From an uncultured Anaerolineaceae bacterium (GTDB lineage Bacteria; Chloroflexota; Limnocylindria; Limnocylindrales; CSP1-4), in assembly GCA_964529245.1 (NCBI GenBank), contig CAZGUS010000001.1:6617-70616 (forward strand): DNA of 64,000 nucleotides, given 5' to 3'. Positions 26,989 to 36,444 of the stretch are shown here, piece by piece (the stretch's first letter is position 1; each line of letters opens with the position of its first letter). The notes beneath the pieces were generated by a model. The model searched no databases. It was given only the letters and a program-made list of their open reading frames with translations, and had not been told where the DNA came from. Made by a program: the position numbers and the translations under genes.

Positions 26989-27004
26989 GGGTTTTCATCC
27001 TCGC
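26989..27004. promoter_or_regulatory. Conserved 16-mer GGTTTTCATCCTCGCG (copy 2), about 110 bp upstream of the membrane-protein gene at 27114
   Basis: Exact duplicate of the copy at 25904-25919. Confidence 0.4.
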
Positions 27005-27113
27005 GGAGCGACAGTTGCCGGGTCCACTATCGGATCACGGCAACGGATCGAAGGCTCCGCCGGCTTGATAGCCGGCTGCAGGTCCATCGTCCATCGTCGG
27101 GAAGAAGACCACC

Positions 27114-27527
27114 GTGACAATTCAGGAACAGCGGAGCGTCACCACTGACGCCCCGACCCCCACCGAGTCCGGTGGCTTGAGCAACCGGACCACGACCAGT
27201 AGCAAGACCGACTTTCGGCCCAACAACAACGAAACAACCCGCCGCATTGTCGTCCTCGTCTTCGGCCTGATCCAGATCGTCCTCGGCCTGCGCATCGTCC
27301 TGCTGCTGGTCGACGCTCGAACGGGCAATCTGCTCGTCTCGATCATCAACAACGTCGGCGGGCTCCTGGCCGCGCCGTTCCAGGGGATCCTGCGCATCAG
27401 CGCCGTTTCCTCCGGCGGCTCGGTTCTCGACGTCGCCGCAGTCGTCGCCCTCGTCGGCTGGACGATCATCGAGCTGGTCGTTCTCTGGAGCCTGGCCATC
27501 TTCCGGCACGAGCCCGCGCTCGCCTGA
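27114..27527 (+). CDS. Small integral membrane protein (YggT-like?)
   Basis: GTG start. Polar N-terminal tail followed by two or three hydrophobic helices (RRIVVLVFGLIQIVLGLRIVLLLV...). The family assignment is tentative. Confidence 0.45.
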   Translation: MTIQEQRSVTTDAPTPTESGGLSNRTTTSSKTDFRPNNNETTRRIVVLVFGLIQIVLGLRIVLLLVDARTGNLLVSIINNVGGLLAAPFQGILRISAVSSGGSVLDVAAVVALVGWTIIELVVLWSLAIFRHEPALA

Positions 27528-27599
27528 TCCAAACGTCACCTGCGCGGCCCTCGCCCGGGGCGTCCGGCCCGCGCTCCTCATGAAAGAAGAAGAACCCAA

Positions 27600-27887
27600 A
27601 TGCTAGACATCCCCAACATGACACTTCTTACCTGGGTCGTCGTCGGCGCGATCGCCGGCTTCCTCGCCAGCGTCATCACCGGGTCCCGCGAGGGCCTGAT
27701 CATGATGGTCGTGCTCGGAATCGTAGGCGCGGTCGTCGGCGGCTGGCTCGCCATCGACGTCTTCCACATCTCCGGCGTGACCGGAGTCAACGCCGAGAGC
27801 ATCGTCATCGCGGTCATCGGTGCGCTCATCGTCGTCTTCGTCGTCGGGAGCCTCGGCACCCGGCGCGGCGGGTACGGCTGGCGCTGA
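27600..27887 (+). CDS. GlsB/YeaQ/YmgE family stress-response membrane protein
   Basis: WVVVGAIAGFLAS...VLGIVGAVVGGWL is characteristic of this transglycosylase-associated family. RBS GAAAGAAGAAG. Confidence 0.75.
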   Translation: MLDIPNMTLLTWVVVGAIAGFLASVITGSREGLIMMVVLGIVGAVVGGWLAIDVFHISGVTGVNAESIVIAVIGALIVVFVVGSLGTRRGGYGWR

Positions 27888-27984
27888 CGCGAGCACGCTC
27901 TTAGGGCGTGCCCCTGGTTCTGATAGCACCAAGCAGGATCGGTCCCCGGACGAGGGGCCGATCCTGCTCTTCCCTACCAGCCTG

Positions 27985-29181
27985 ATGGAGCCGGCCATGG
28001 CACCCCGCTTCGCGTTCCTGTCGACTTACCCGCCGCGCCGCTGCGGCATCGCGACGTTCACCCGGGATCTGGCCGGTGCCGTGGGCAACTGCGAGATCGT
28101 GGCCATCCACTCCCCGGAAGACCGGATCCTCTACCCGCTCGAAGTGACCGATCTCGTCCAGAGGGATGGCCGGGCGGACTACTCACGCGCGGCAGACCAG
28201 ATGTCCGAATCGGGCGTCGCGGCCGTCTCCATTCAGCACGAGTACGGCATCTTCGGCGGCCGGGACGGCGACTTCGTCCTCGACTTCCTGGATCGCGTTC
28301 GAGTGCCGGCCGTGGCGACCCTGCACACGGTGCTTCGGCAGCCGAGCGCCGCGCAGCGCGCCGTGATGGCGCGGCTCCTCGATCGGACGGCCGCAGTCGT
28401 TGTCATGTCGCAGGCCGCGGCAAGGCTCCTGCGGCGCGAGTACGGCGCCGACGGCTCGCGGATACGGGTGATCCCGCACGGCGTCCCCGACTTGCCGCTG
28501 GTCGAGTCCGATCAGCGCAAGCCCGACTTTGGCCTCGAAGGCCGCTCAGTGATCCTGAGCTTCGGGCTCCTTGGGCCGGGCAAGGGATACGAGCACGTGA
28601 TCGAGGCCATGTCCCGCGTTCGGAAGGACTGTCCGGATGCGCTCTACGTCGTGCTGGGGGCGACGCATCCGAACCTCATCCGCAGCGAGGGCGAAGCCTA
28701 TCGAGATCGGCTGCGCAGGGCGGTCGACGACCTTGGCCTGCGTGACCACGTCCGCTTCGTCGACAGGTTCGTCGGCCAGGAAGAGCTCGGCCGCTGGCTG
28801 CAGGCCGCCGATGCCTTCGTCACGCCGTATCCCAACCTCGATCAGATCGTCTCGGGCACGCTTTCCTATGCGTTGGCCGCGGGCAGGCCGGTCGTCTCGA
28901 CGCCCTTCGCGTATGCGTCCGAGGTGCTGTCGGATGGTCGCGGCGTCATCGTCGCGCCGGACTCTCCGGAGGCCCTGGCAGATGGACTGAGCGGTCTTCT
29001 CGAAGACGCGGACGGCCGAGCGGCGATGGGTCGAAGGGCCTATGCCTTCAGCCGCGAGAGGATCTGGCCGCGCGTGGGCGCCGCATATCGTGAGCTGTTG
29101 GGCCAGGTCTCGGGCGGCGTCCAGGTCGAGCTCAGCCCCGAGGTCCCGTACGGAGCCCCGGCGCTCGTTGCCCATGGCTGA
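27985..29181 (+). CDS. Glycosyltransferase family 4 (GT-B)
   Basis: N-terminal FLSTYPPRRCGIATF, and a C-terminal AADAFVTPYPNLDQIVSGTLSYALAAGRPVVSTP that matches the GT4 EX7E region. Confidence 0.8.
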   Translation: MEPAMAPRFAFLSTYPPRRCGIATFTRDLAGAVGNCEIVAIHSPEDRILYPLEVTDLVQRDGRADYSRAADQMSESGVAAVSIQHEYGIFGGRDGDFVLDFLDRVRVPAVATLHTVLRQPSAAQRAVMARLLDRTAAVVVMSQAAARLLRREYGADGSRIRVIPHGVPDLPLVESDQRKPDFGLEGRSVILSFGLLGPGKGYEHVIEAMSRVRKDCPDALYVVLGATHPNLIRSEGEAYRDRLRRAVDDLGLRDHVRFVDRFVGQEELGRWLQAADAFVTPYPNLDQIVSGTLSYALAAGRPVVSTPFAYASEVLSDGRGVIVAPDSPEALADGLSGLLEDADGRAAMGRRAYAFSRERIWPRVGAAYRELLGQVSGGVQVELSPEVPYGAPALVAHG

Positions 29182-29210
29182 TCTCGCGGACTGAGCCGCC
29201 ACGCTCCAGT

Positions 29211-29951
29211 TCAGCGGACGGCGGTACCGAGCAGCGCGCCGACGCCGTATGTCACCGCGGCCGCGAGAAGGCCGAGCGCCGCCTGTCTCAGACCGGACCG
29301 AATCGGTTGGCGATGGGTCAGGCGGCTGACGCCGAGCCCCACCAGGAACAACGCGGCCAGTGTGGCGGCGACACTCAGCGCGATGGCTGTCGTCCCGGCG
29401 AAGAAGGCGAACGGCAGCAGCGGCACCGAGGCGCCGGCCGCGAATGACAGCAGCGAGCCCGCCGCGGCCGCGACCGGGCGGCCCATCGTCTTCGCCGAAA
29501 GACCGATCTCTTCACGCACGAAGGTATCGAGAGCGCGTTTGGGGTTGGCGAGCAGGCGATCGACGACGAATCCAGCGTCGGCTGCCGAAAGGCCCCGCGA
29601 CCTGTAGATCTCGACCAGGATGGCCCGCTCCTGGGCAGGCGTGTGCCGGAGCTGCTGCCGCTCGAGCAGGACCTGGTAATCGAGCAGCTCGTGCTGGGAA
29701 CGGACCGAGACGTATTCGCCCACGGCCATGCTGAAGCTGCCGGCCACGAGACCGGCGATGCCGGCCAGGACCACCGCGTGAGGATCCACGAACGAGGCGC
29801 CGGCGACGCCCATGATCAGGCAGGCATTGGCCACCAGGCCGTCCGTGGCGCCGAAGACGGTCGGGCGCAGGACGCTCGACCCGCGCGTTTCGTGGGGGTT
29901 TGCCGGGGCCGCCAGGAACGCTCGCAGGCCGGACCCTATTGCACTCACCAT
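29211..29951 (-). CDS. VIT1/CCC1-family membrane protein (putative Fe/Mn transporter)
   Basis: GATDGLVAN...AGSFSMAVGEYVSV motifs and five TM helices. The start is taken at the Met beginning MVSAIGSG. Confidence 0.7.
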   Translation of the reverse strand: MVSAIGSGLRAFLAAPANPHETRGSSVLRPTVFGATDGLVANACLIMGVAGASFVDPHAVVLAGIAGLVAGSFSMAVGEYVSVRSQHELLDYQVLLERQQLRHTPAQERAILVEIYRSRGLSAADAGFVVDRLLANPKRALDTFVREEIGLSAKTMGRPVAAAAGSLLSFAAGASVPLLPFAFFAGTTAIALSVAATLAALFLVGLGVSRLTHRQPIRSGLRQAALGLLAAAVTYGVGALLGTAVR

Positions 29952-29988
29952 CGCGCGCCCGGCGCCGGCTGTCCCGCCATCCGACCGG

Positions 29989-30153
29989 CTAGACGATGAA
30001 CGACAGGAAGCCGAAGAACAGGCCCAGATTCGTCCAATCGATCTTGCCGAACGAGAACAGTCCTGCGGTCTCGAGCACGGCGATGGCGAAGCAGATGCAC
30101 GCCACGAGGACAAGCAGCGACCTGTTGCTCTTGAACATTCCGGACCGGGCCAT
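29989..30153 (-). CDS. Small (54 aa) two-helix membrane protein, MARSGMFKSNRSLLVLVACICFAIAVLETAGLFSFGKIDWTNLGLFFGFLSFIV
   Basis: The ATG at 30153 is preceded by GAGGAGAC (about 8 nt spacing). It sits 38 bp upstream of the VIT gene on the same strand. Local GC is lower. Confidence 0.45.
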   Translation of the reverse strand: MARSGMFKSNRSLLVLVACICFAIAVLETAGLFSFGKIDWTNLGLFFGFLSFIV

Positions 30154-30381
30154 GGTGAGTCTCCTCGGTGGAGCCAGGCCCGCTCGGACGAAGATGGGCG
30201 GAGTCGGACTGGGCTCGCCTCCAGTCTGGCCCCGACAAGCGGCCGGGCGTGAGGAGGGAAACCCTCGGGCCCGCCCGATTCCGGGCAATAACCAAGCGGC
30301 GATCGCGCCGACGATCAGCCCCTCGGCGGCCGCTCCCATGACGACCGTGGTCGGTCATCGGACGAGACTCGGCGCACGCCG

Positions 30382-32466
30382 TCATGTCCCATGTTCGGCC
30401 TGCAGCTGCTCCCGCCACGCCGTCAACTGGCGATACACGGCGGGCGCGCCCACGAGCGGATCCTCGAACAGCTTCAAGGTCGAGGGGCAAATGATGAACG
30501 GCTCGCCCTGCCAGCCGCCCAGGCCGCCGTGCGAGCCGATCAGCTCCTCGAAGGCGGTGACCTCGCCGGACCGGCCGTCGACCGCGCCGAGAAGTATCAG
30601 GTCGCCGACGTTCTCGAGCCCTTGCAGTCGCAGCAGGTCCGCCGCTGCCCCGGGGCCGAAGTCGGCGAGCGGGCCGGTCTCGCCGGACGGATGCTCGGTC
30701 AGATCCAGCCGGCCTCGCGGCCCCATGACAATCACATGGCCGTCGGACGACCTCACCAGGAGCGCCCCAATGCCGGAGTGACGGGCCAGCGTCTCGATCA
30801 AGCCCGGACATAGCGCTTCGATCGCCTCGGCCGTCATGCGGCCGGGCTGACTGGTGAAGTAGACGTGGGCCAGGCTGCCCGACGAGCACACGACGACGTC
30901 CGCGCTCGCCGACTCGGCCCCAACTCCGGGCCGGCCGAGGGCCCTGCGCAGTCGACCTGCGAGAAGTGGCCCGATCCTCGAGCCCCGGCCGAATTCGGCC
31001 GCGATGCGCCGGCCGATGCCGGCCGACTCGACCGCGTCGGTCGTGCCGACGATGGTCATGCCGCCGGGCAGCAGGCGGCCGATGACGTCTTCGATCGATT
31101 CCCCGTGCCGCTGCCGGAAGGTCGAGCCCAGCGACTGGCCGTGGTCGGATAGAACCACCAGCCGGTAGGGCCGCCTGGCGTAGCGAGAGGCCTTGATCAG
31201 CGATCCGATGCCCCGATCGATGCCCTGCAGCGCGTCGATCGACTCGGCGCGCTCGGCCCCGCAGTGGTGGGCAATGGCGTCGTAGCCCGTGAAGTCGACG
31301 TAGATCGTCGGCGACGAGCAGTGCATCTCCTCTATCACGAGCGCGGTAGAGACGGTCCTCAGCGCCGTGTTGGTCACGGCTCGCTCGACGGCGAATTGCA
31401 GGTCGCGGTGCATGCGAGGCTCGACCGACCGGGCTCTCTGGCGCTCCGCCTGATACAGCTCCTTGGCCATCTCGCCGACCATCAGCACGGCCAGGCGGAT
31501 GTAGTCGACCGTGGTGACGAAGATGCCGCGCAGGCGCCGTTCGTCGTCGGTCGATGCGTTCTGGGCGATGGTCGCCATGGTCAAGTAGCTGCGCGGCGCG
31601 TCGCCGGTCACGAGGTTGCCGATGCTGGCGCCGTCGTTTGCCAGAAGGCCCCTTCCGTCGCTGATGCGGCGCACGATCTCGGCGGCGTCGTCGGGGTGGT
31701 TGGCCACCATCAGCCGATTGCCGGCCTTCTCGTACCAGCGAAAGCCGGGTATGCCGTCGTTGTTCCCATGCAGGATTCCGGCCTGGCTGGCGGGCGTCGT
31801 GGGCGGGAGCAAGGCCACCCACGGATGGAGCGTCGCTTCGCCGTCTCGCAACAGCCGGTGGAGCGCCGGCACACGCCCGGCCCGGACGGCCTGCTCGAGG
31901 GCCGGCAGGCTCAGCCCGTCGATCTGGACGACGAGCAGCCCCGGCGTCGCCTCGGTCGCGCGTCCGAAGTCGCGAGCGACCAGCCGCCGAACCAGCACGC
32001 TGTAGTAGGAGTCGTCGTCGCTGACGGAAACGATCTCCGCGAACAGGCTGTTGAGCGTGGTCAGCAGCACGGCCGCCCAGACGGCGGTCGTCATGCCGTC
32101 GACCCGTACGCCCGGCAGCACGTGCCCGATGAGGATGATCGCCGCGAACTGGACGGCCAGGCCCACGATCTGGGCGACGAATATCGGCCAGGCCACGAGC
32201 AGCCAGTGGAGGAAGACGTCCGAGATGCTGTCGAGGACTGCCAGCAGCAGCCCGGCCAGCAACAAGGGGCCGGGGCCGTCGATGCTAAGCCCCGGAAGCA
32301 CGGCATCCGTTGTCGCCAGCACGAGACACGCGCCCAGGAACGAGAGGATCGCCCGGCGCGCGATCGCCAGCCGGGTTGGCCGCCACTCCCACATCAGGCG
32401 CGCCTGGAGCCGGTAGAAGGCGAGCGCGCGCCGGGCCAGGGTCGTGGGCTCAGCGGCGCCTTTCAT
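30382..32466 (-). CDS. Membrane-anchored alkaline-phosphatase-superfamily protein (type I phosphodiesterase / nucleotide pyrophosphatase-like) with an N-terminal four-helix holin-like module
   Basis: Four N-terminal TM helices. The soluble domain has AlkP-core features: GFRWY, DFTGYDAIAHHCG, VVLSDHGQS. Confidence 0.65.
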   Translation of the reverse strand: MKGAAEPTTLARRALAFYRLQARLMWEWRPTRLAIARRAILSFLGACLVLATTDAVLPGLSIDGPGPLLLAGLLLAVLDSISDVFLHWLLVAWPIFVAQIVGLAVQFAAIILIGHVLPGVRVDGMTTAVWAAVLLTTLNSLFAEIVSVSDDDSYYSVLVRRLVARDFGRATEATPGLLVVQIDGLSLPALEQAVRAGRVPALHRLLRDGEATLHPWVALLPPTTPASQAGILHGNNDGIPGFRWYEKAGNRLMVANHPDDAAEIVRRISDGRGLLANDGASIGNLVTGDAPRSYLTMATIAQNASTDDERRLRGIFVTTVDYIRLAVLMVGEMAKELYQAERQRARSVEPRMHRDLQFAVERAVTNTALRTVSTALVIEEMHCSSPTIYVDFTGYDAIAHHCGAERAESIDALQGIDRGIGSLIKASRYARRPYRLVVLSDHGQSLGSTFRQRHGESIEDVIGRLLPGGMTIVGTTDAVESAGIGRRIAAEFGRGSRIGPLLAGRLRRALGRPGVGAESASADVVVCSSGSLAHVYFTSQPGRMTAEAIEALCPGLIETLARHSGIGALLVRSSDGHVIVMGPRGRLDLTEHPSGETGPLADFGPGAAADLLRLQGLENVGDLILLGAVDGRSGEVTAFEELIGSHGGLGGWQGEPFIICPSTLKLFEDPLVGAPAVYRQLTAWREQLQAEHGT

Positions 32467-33284
32467 CGTTCCGACCGGCTCATGGCCATCGATTGCCCCG
32501 GCTGCAGAACGCGCACCTCGATCTCGGCCGTGCGAGCCGCGACGGCTTCGCGGAAAGCCTCGCCCGGCCCTTCGAACTGGCGGCCGGCGAAGCGCCGCAG
32601 GCCGATCGGATAGAGCGTGCCCCAGTGGATCGGCGTGGCGATGGCGGGGCGGATTCGCACGGCCGCCTCGGCCGCCCGCCGCGGGTCGAGATGGCCCTGC
32701 CCCAGCGTGGGCCCCCAGCCGCCGACCGGCAGCAGCGCGACGTCGACGCGCCCGGCCAGATCCCGCATCCCCGGAAAGAGCCCCGTGTCGCCGGCGAAGT
32801 AGACGCGCGTCGAGCCCCGGATCAGGAGGCCCAGGGCGCTCTCGGCCACGGTGAACGGCGAGCGGCGGCGGTCGTGTTCCGCGTGGACCGCCTCCAGCAC
32901 GAGTTCGCCGATCCTCACCGTGCCACCAGCGCGCATCTCGTGGACTTCGCCGCGAGCCGCCTTCGCGACCACGCGCCCGAGGCCGGCCGGCACGATCATC
33001 TCCGGCTCGCCCGGCAAAGCCCGCAGGGAGTCCAGGTCGAGGTGGTCCAGGTGGCCGTGGCTGATGAATACCGCGGCAAGATCGCCCAGCGTCTCTGGGG
33101 GCACTGCCGGAACCTGCCGCCTTATGGCAAGCGCGAGGTGGCCGAGCAGCGGATCGGTCAGCACCCGCACGCCGTCGATGTCGACGAGGACGGTCGAATG
33201 GCCGAGAAACGTCAGCCGATCGCCCACCACGTAACCTCCGACACCGTGCGGCCGCGCGCCGTGTCGACCATTGTGACCGGCCAC
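32463..33284 (-). CDS. MBL-fold metallo-hydrolase
   Basis: FISHGHLDHLD (HxHxDH) motif. 4-nt overlap with the downstream gene. Confidence 0.75.
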   Translation of the reverse strand: MAGHNGRHGARPHGVGGYVVGDRLTFLGHSTVLVDIDGVRVLTDPLLGHLALAIRRQVPAVPPETLGDLAAVFISHGHLDHLDLDSLRALPGEPEMIVPAGLGRVVAKAARGEVHEMRAGGTVRIGELVLEAVHAEHDRRRSPFTVAESALGLLIRGSTRVYFAGDTGLFPGMRDLAGRVDVALLPVGGWGPTLGQGHLDPRRAAEAAVRIRPAIATPIHWGTLYPIGLRRFAGRQFEGPGEAFREAVAARTAEIEVRVLQPGQSMAMSRSER

Positions 33285-33349
33285 GTGCCGCAGCCCGCGG
33301 CGATCGTCATCGCCGCTCGCATCGCGGGCCGAACCCCTTGCCGGTTCCC

Positions 33350-33826
33350 CTACGGCGCCGGCGTGACCACGACGAAGAGGAGCTTCGCGGCCGCGGCCTG
33401 GAGATCCTCCGGGGTGGGCAGCTCACCCTTCGGCGCCCTCGGAAGTCCGGCCCGCTTCGCCGCGCCGCGGTGGGTGGCGAAGTACTCCGCGGCGATGCGC
33501 TGGCCGCGGCCGGTCGTGCCCGGCACGGCGACGGCCGAGCCGTGGATCGGCCGGCCTTTGCGCACCAGCTCCATCGGCCAGGGCTGCGTGAAGTTGCGCC
33601 ACCAGCTCTTGGTTTCGGGCCGGCCGACGCGGATCAGGTATCCGCCCTCGAACGGCTCGCAGTTGACGGGCAGCTGGCGCGGCAGCCCCGAAACGCGGCC
33701 CTTGTAGCGGACCAGGACGACGCGGCCGGAAAGGGCGCCGAACGGCGAGGCCAGCCAGCGCGCCATGAACCGGTTGAACCGCGACTGGGTCGGGAGAGTG
33801 CCCCCGCCCGAAGTGTTCGTCTCCAT
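33350..33826 (-). CDS. Nitroreductase-family deazaflavin-dependent oxidoreductase (DUF385-like)
   Basis: FNRFMARWL...VVLVRYKGRVSGLPRQLPV...KSWWRNF fits the DUF385 / F420H2-dependent reductase pattern. Confidence 0.65.
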   Translation of the reverse strand: METNTSGGGTLPTQSRFNRFMARWLASPFGALSGRVVLVRYKGRVSGLPRQLPVNCEPFEGGYLIRVGRPETKSWWRNFTQPWPMELVRKGRPIHGSAVAVPGTTGRGQRIAAEYFATHRGAAKRAGLPRAPKGELPTPEDLQAAAAKLLFVVVTPAP

Positions 33827-33936
33827 CGGGCAATCTTAGGCGCGGCGAGGCCGCTCGAATCGGAGGCGCGGGCACCCCTCCCTGCCCTAAAGTGTTGGGG
33901 CCGCGACGTCTCGTGAGCGGCCAGCAGGAGGACGCG

Positions 33937-34644
33937 ATGCATACGGACTACATCCCGAAACTGCTCCCGACCTCGGTAGACGAAGGCCAGGGCCCGGGCG
34001 TCCAGTTCCGCACGGACGGCGAGCTGGTGCCGATGCTCACGATGGAGCTCGACGGCTCGATGCCGGTGTTCTTCGAGCACCACATCCTGCTCTGGAAGAC
34101 GCCGAGCCTCGAGATCGGGATGCATGCCATGAAGGGCGCCTTCAAGCGCGTGATCGCGGGCATGCCGATATTCATGACGGAGGCGAAAGGCGCCGGCCAG
34201 ATCGCGTTCAGCCGCGACGGAGTCGGCCACGTCTTCCATCTGAACCTGGCGCCGGGGCAGGGGATCGAAGTCCGGGAGCACCAGTTCCTGGCCGCGACCG
34301 CGAACGTCGACTACAGCTTCCGCCGCCTGCGCGGCGTGGGGAACATGCTGTTCGGCGGCACCGGAATCTTCATCGACACGTTCACCGGCGGACAGGGCGG
34401 GGGAACGGTCTGGCTCCACGGCTACGGCAACGTGTTCGAGCGCGTTCTCGGTCCCGGCGAGGCTTTCGACGTCGAGCCCGGCGGCTGGGTCTACAAGGAC
34501 CCGACCGTGAGCATGGAAATCAAGATGGTCGGCCTGCGGATGGGCATGCTGAGCGGATCGGGGAACCTGATCTTCAACCGCTTCACCGGCCCGGGCCGGA
34601 TCGGTATCCAGAGCATGTACCTCCACATGCCCACCGAGGACTAG
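33937..34644 (+). CDS. AIM24-family protein (TIGR00266/DUF124)
   Basis: Gly-rich beta-rich pattern (NMLFGGTGIFIDTFTGGQGGGTVWLHGYGNV...). RBS GGAGGA upstream of the ATG at 33937. Confidence 0.65.
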   Translation: MHTDYIPKLLPTSVDEGQGPGVQFRTDGELVPMLTMELDGSMPVFFEHHILLWKTPSLEIGMHAMKGAFKRVIAGMPIFMTEAKGAGQIAFSRDGVGHVFHLNLAPGQGIEVREHQFLAATANVDYSFRRLRGVGNMLFGGTGIFIDTFTGGQGGGTVWLHGYGNVFERVLGPGEAFDVEPGGWVYKDPTVSMEIKMVGLRMGMLSGSGNLIFNRFTGPGRIGIQSMYLHMPTED

Positions 34645-34667
34645 GCGGCGCCACTCCCACGCGGAAC

Positions 34668-34695
34668 CGAAGCGGCCGCCGGGTTCTCCCGGCGG
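34668..34695 (+). terminator. Hairpin terminator downstream of the AIM24 gene
   Basis: GCGGCCGCCGGG-ttctc-CCGGCGGCCGC perfect stem followed by TCTCTTTGG. Confidence 0.55.
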
Positions 34696-34796
34696 CCGCT
34701 CTCTTTGGCGAGGGTATGGGCAGCCTCAAGGTGGGCAATCCACGCAGGACTCGGATCGCCTTGACCCGTATCACGTGACGCGTTACATTTCGGGCC

Positions 34797-35078
34797 GTGA
34801 TCAGATCGTTGGCGGACAGGCATACAGAACGGTTCTGGATCACCGGCAGCTCGGAACGGCTGCCACCGGAAATCGAACGCCGAGCACTTCGGAAGCTCTC
34901 GGCGCTTGACGCGGCTGACCAGATCGAGAGCTTGCGGGTTCCTCCGGGCAATCGCCTCCATGCACTCGAGGGCGATCGTGCCGGACAGCACTCCATATCT
35001 ATAAACGACCAGTGGCGCATTTGCTTTGTGTTCCAAGACGGCGACGCGTACGACGTGGAAGTCTGCGATTACCACTAG
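34797..35078 (+). CDS. higB: HigB-type toxin (RelE/ParE superfamily, plasmid-maintenance killer protein)
   Basis: PPGNRLHALEGDRAGQHSISINDQWRICF...DVEVCDYH matches the HigB family almost motif for motif. Confidence 0.85.
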   Translation: MIRSLADRHTERFWITGSSERLPPEIERRALRKLSALDAADQIESLRVPPGNRLHALEGDRAGQHSISINDQWRICFVFQDGDAYDVEVCDYH

Positions 35079-35096
35079 AGATCAGGTGAATCGACC

Positions 35097-35411
35097 ATGA
35101 GCATTGCCAACGACAATCAGCTCGCGCGGCGACCGGTTCATCCCGGCGAGATTCTGCGCGAGGACTTCATGCCCGACTACAAGCTCACTGTGAGCGGACT
35201 TGCAGATGCCCTCGGCGTTTCGCGCCAGTCCGTGAACGAACTCGTCCGCGAGCGCCGGGCGGTGAGCCCCGAAATGGCGCTGCGCCTCGGTCGTCTCTTT
35301 GGCAACTCGCCGGAGTTCTGGCTGAACCTGCAGCGTGCCGTCGATCTCTACGACACGGCGGCAGCGACCCAGGCCGACGTGCAGCACATCACGCCCTTGC
35401 GCGTAGCCTGA
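35097..35411 (+). CDS. higA: HigA antitoxin (XRE-family HTH)
   Basis: HPGEILREDFM...GLADALGVSRQSVNELVRERRAVSPEMALRL. Toxin-first gene order as in higBA. Confidence 0.85.
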   Translation: MSIANDNQLARRPVHPGEILREDFMPDYKLTVSGLADALGVSRQSVNELVRERRAVSPEMALRLGRLFGNSPEFWLNLQRAVDLYDTAAATQADVQHITPLRVA

Positions 35412-35587
35412 GGGAGGCCACCTGCACCTGAGGCAGCAGTTGTGAGTGGTAAGCACCGACCAATCCAAGGCCCGGTGATCGATCGTGGTGCGGCGTACTT
35501 CGGTCGCCAGACGGCGGCGGCTATCGGCGTGGTCTGCGCCATATTCTTACTTGGCCGCGGTTCGTCGGGCGGATCGGATAGCAGGTC

Positions 35588-36289
35588 ATGACGGCGCGCG
35601 CGATGAATAGGGTTCGAGCGTTGACGTCATTGGGTGGTTGGCTGGCGCACATGCTGAATCAGTTCCCGTTCGAAAACCCCGACAACTCAGACTCAACCTA
35701 CCCAATCCTCGTGGGGTTCGTAGTTCTCAGTTTCGGCTTCGGTCCGGTCGTGGTCGCCTGGCAATTGCTGCTGTTCTGCGCCGGGATCCAGCCTCAAGCA
35801 CCTCTCAGGGACCCAGCCGCATATCTGGGGGTAGCCCTCCTTGGGCTGATCGTTCTGTGGTTGGCCGTGGGGTGGCTCGTGGGTCTGGTGCCATTCGTGC
35901 CAGATAGAGAACAGAAGCCGAAATCTCGCCTCCAACCTCTGCCCGACGGTTCCCGTATACCGGTTCACGTCACAGGCGTCCTTGATTTCGGAAACCGTAC
36001 GCGCCGATATAGGCACCGCCAGGCCGTGCTCGAGTACAACCCGCAGACGCAGCTTCTCATCTGTGTCCAACGCAAATGGGTGCAGGACGTGGAGGCCCTT
36101 ACACAACACGGGGCAGTCGCTTACGGCCGTCTGTGGCCCGAGACGGTCAGCCGAGTGCGTCGCGGTACCGCCTGCCTTGTCACCGAAACCAGGCCTGCCG
36201 TTGAGCTCCATTGGCTACATGGGCGCATCTTGCTGGATTTCGATGATGCAGAATCCCGCGACCGCGTCTTCGCCAGGCTCGCCCCATAG
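35588..36289 (+). CDS. Hypothetical membrane protein (about 4 TM helices plus a C-terminal soluble domain)
   Basis: ORF with atypical lower-GC codon usage. Hydrophobic helices. No recognisable domain. Confidence 0.45.
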   Translation: MTARAMNRVRALTSLGGWLAHMLNQFPFENPDNSDSTYPILVGFVVLSFGFGPVVVAWQLLLFCAGIQPQAPLRDPAAYLGVALLGLIVLWLAVGWLVGLVPFVPDREQKPKSRLQPLPDGSRIPVHVTGVLDFGNRTRRYRHRQAVLEYNPQTQLLICVQRKWVQDVEALTQHGAVAYGRLWPETVSRVRRGTACLVTETRPAVELHWLHGRILLDFDDAESRDRVFARLAP

Positions 36290-36444
36290 CAACCGCCCAT
36301 CGAGTCGCTCGGGCTTCCGCGGCGTCTGCGTATCGACAGGCGGCACAGTCCCGCCACGCTCACGTCGACTCCCTCGGCGAGGGAGACAGTTGTCGCGAAG
36401 CCCGCTGCACATCGCGGGCGCTTATCGACCGTGAGGGAGGGAAC

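Noticed and set aside
29945-31822. 625-aa minus-strand ORF over the vit/AlkP interval
   Set aside because: Shadow ORF that is Arg-rich with repeated RRR runs. The real genes are in other frames.
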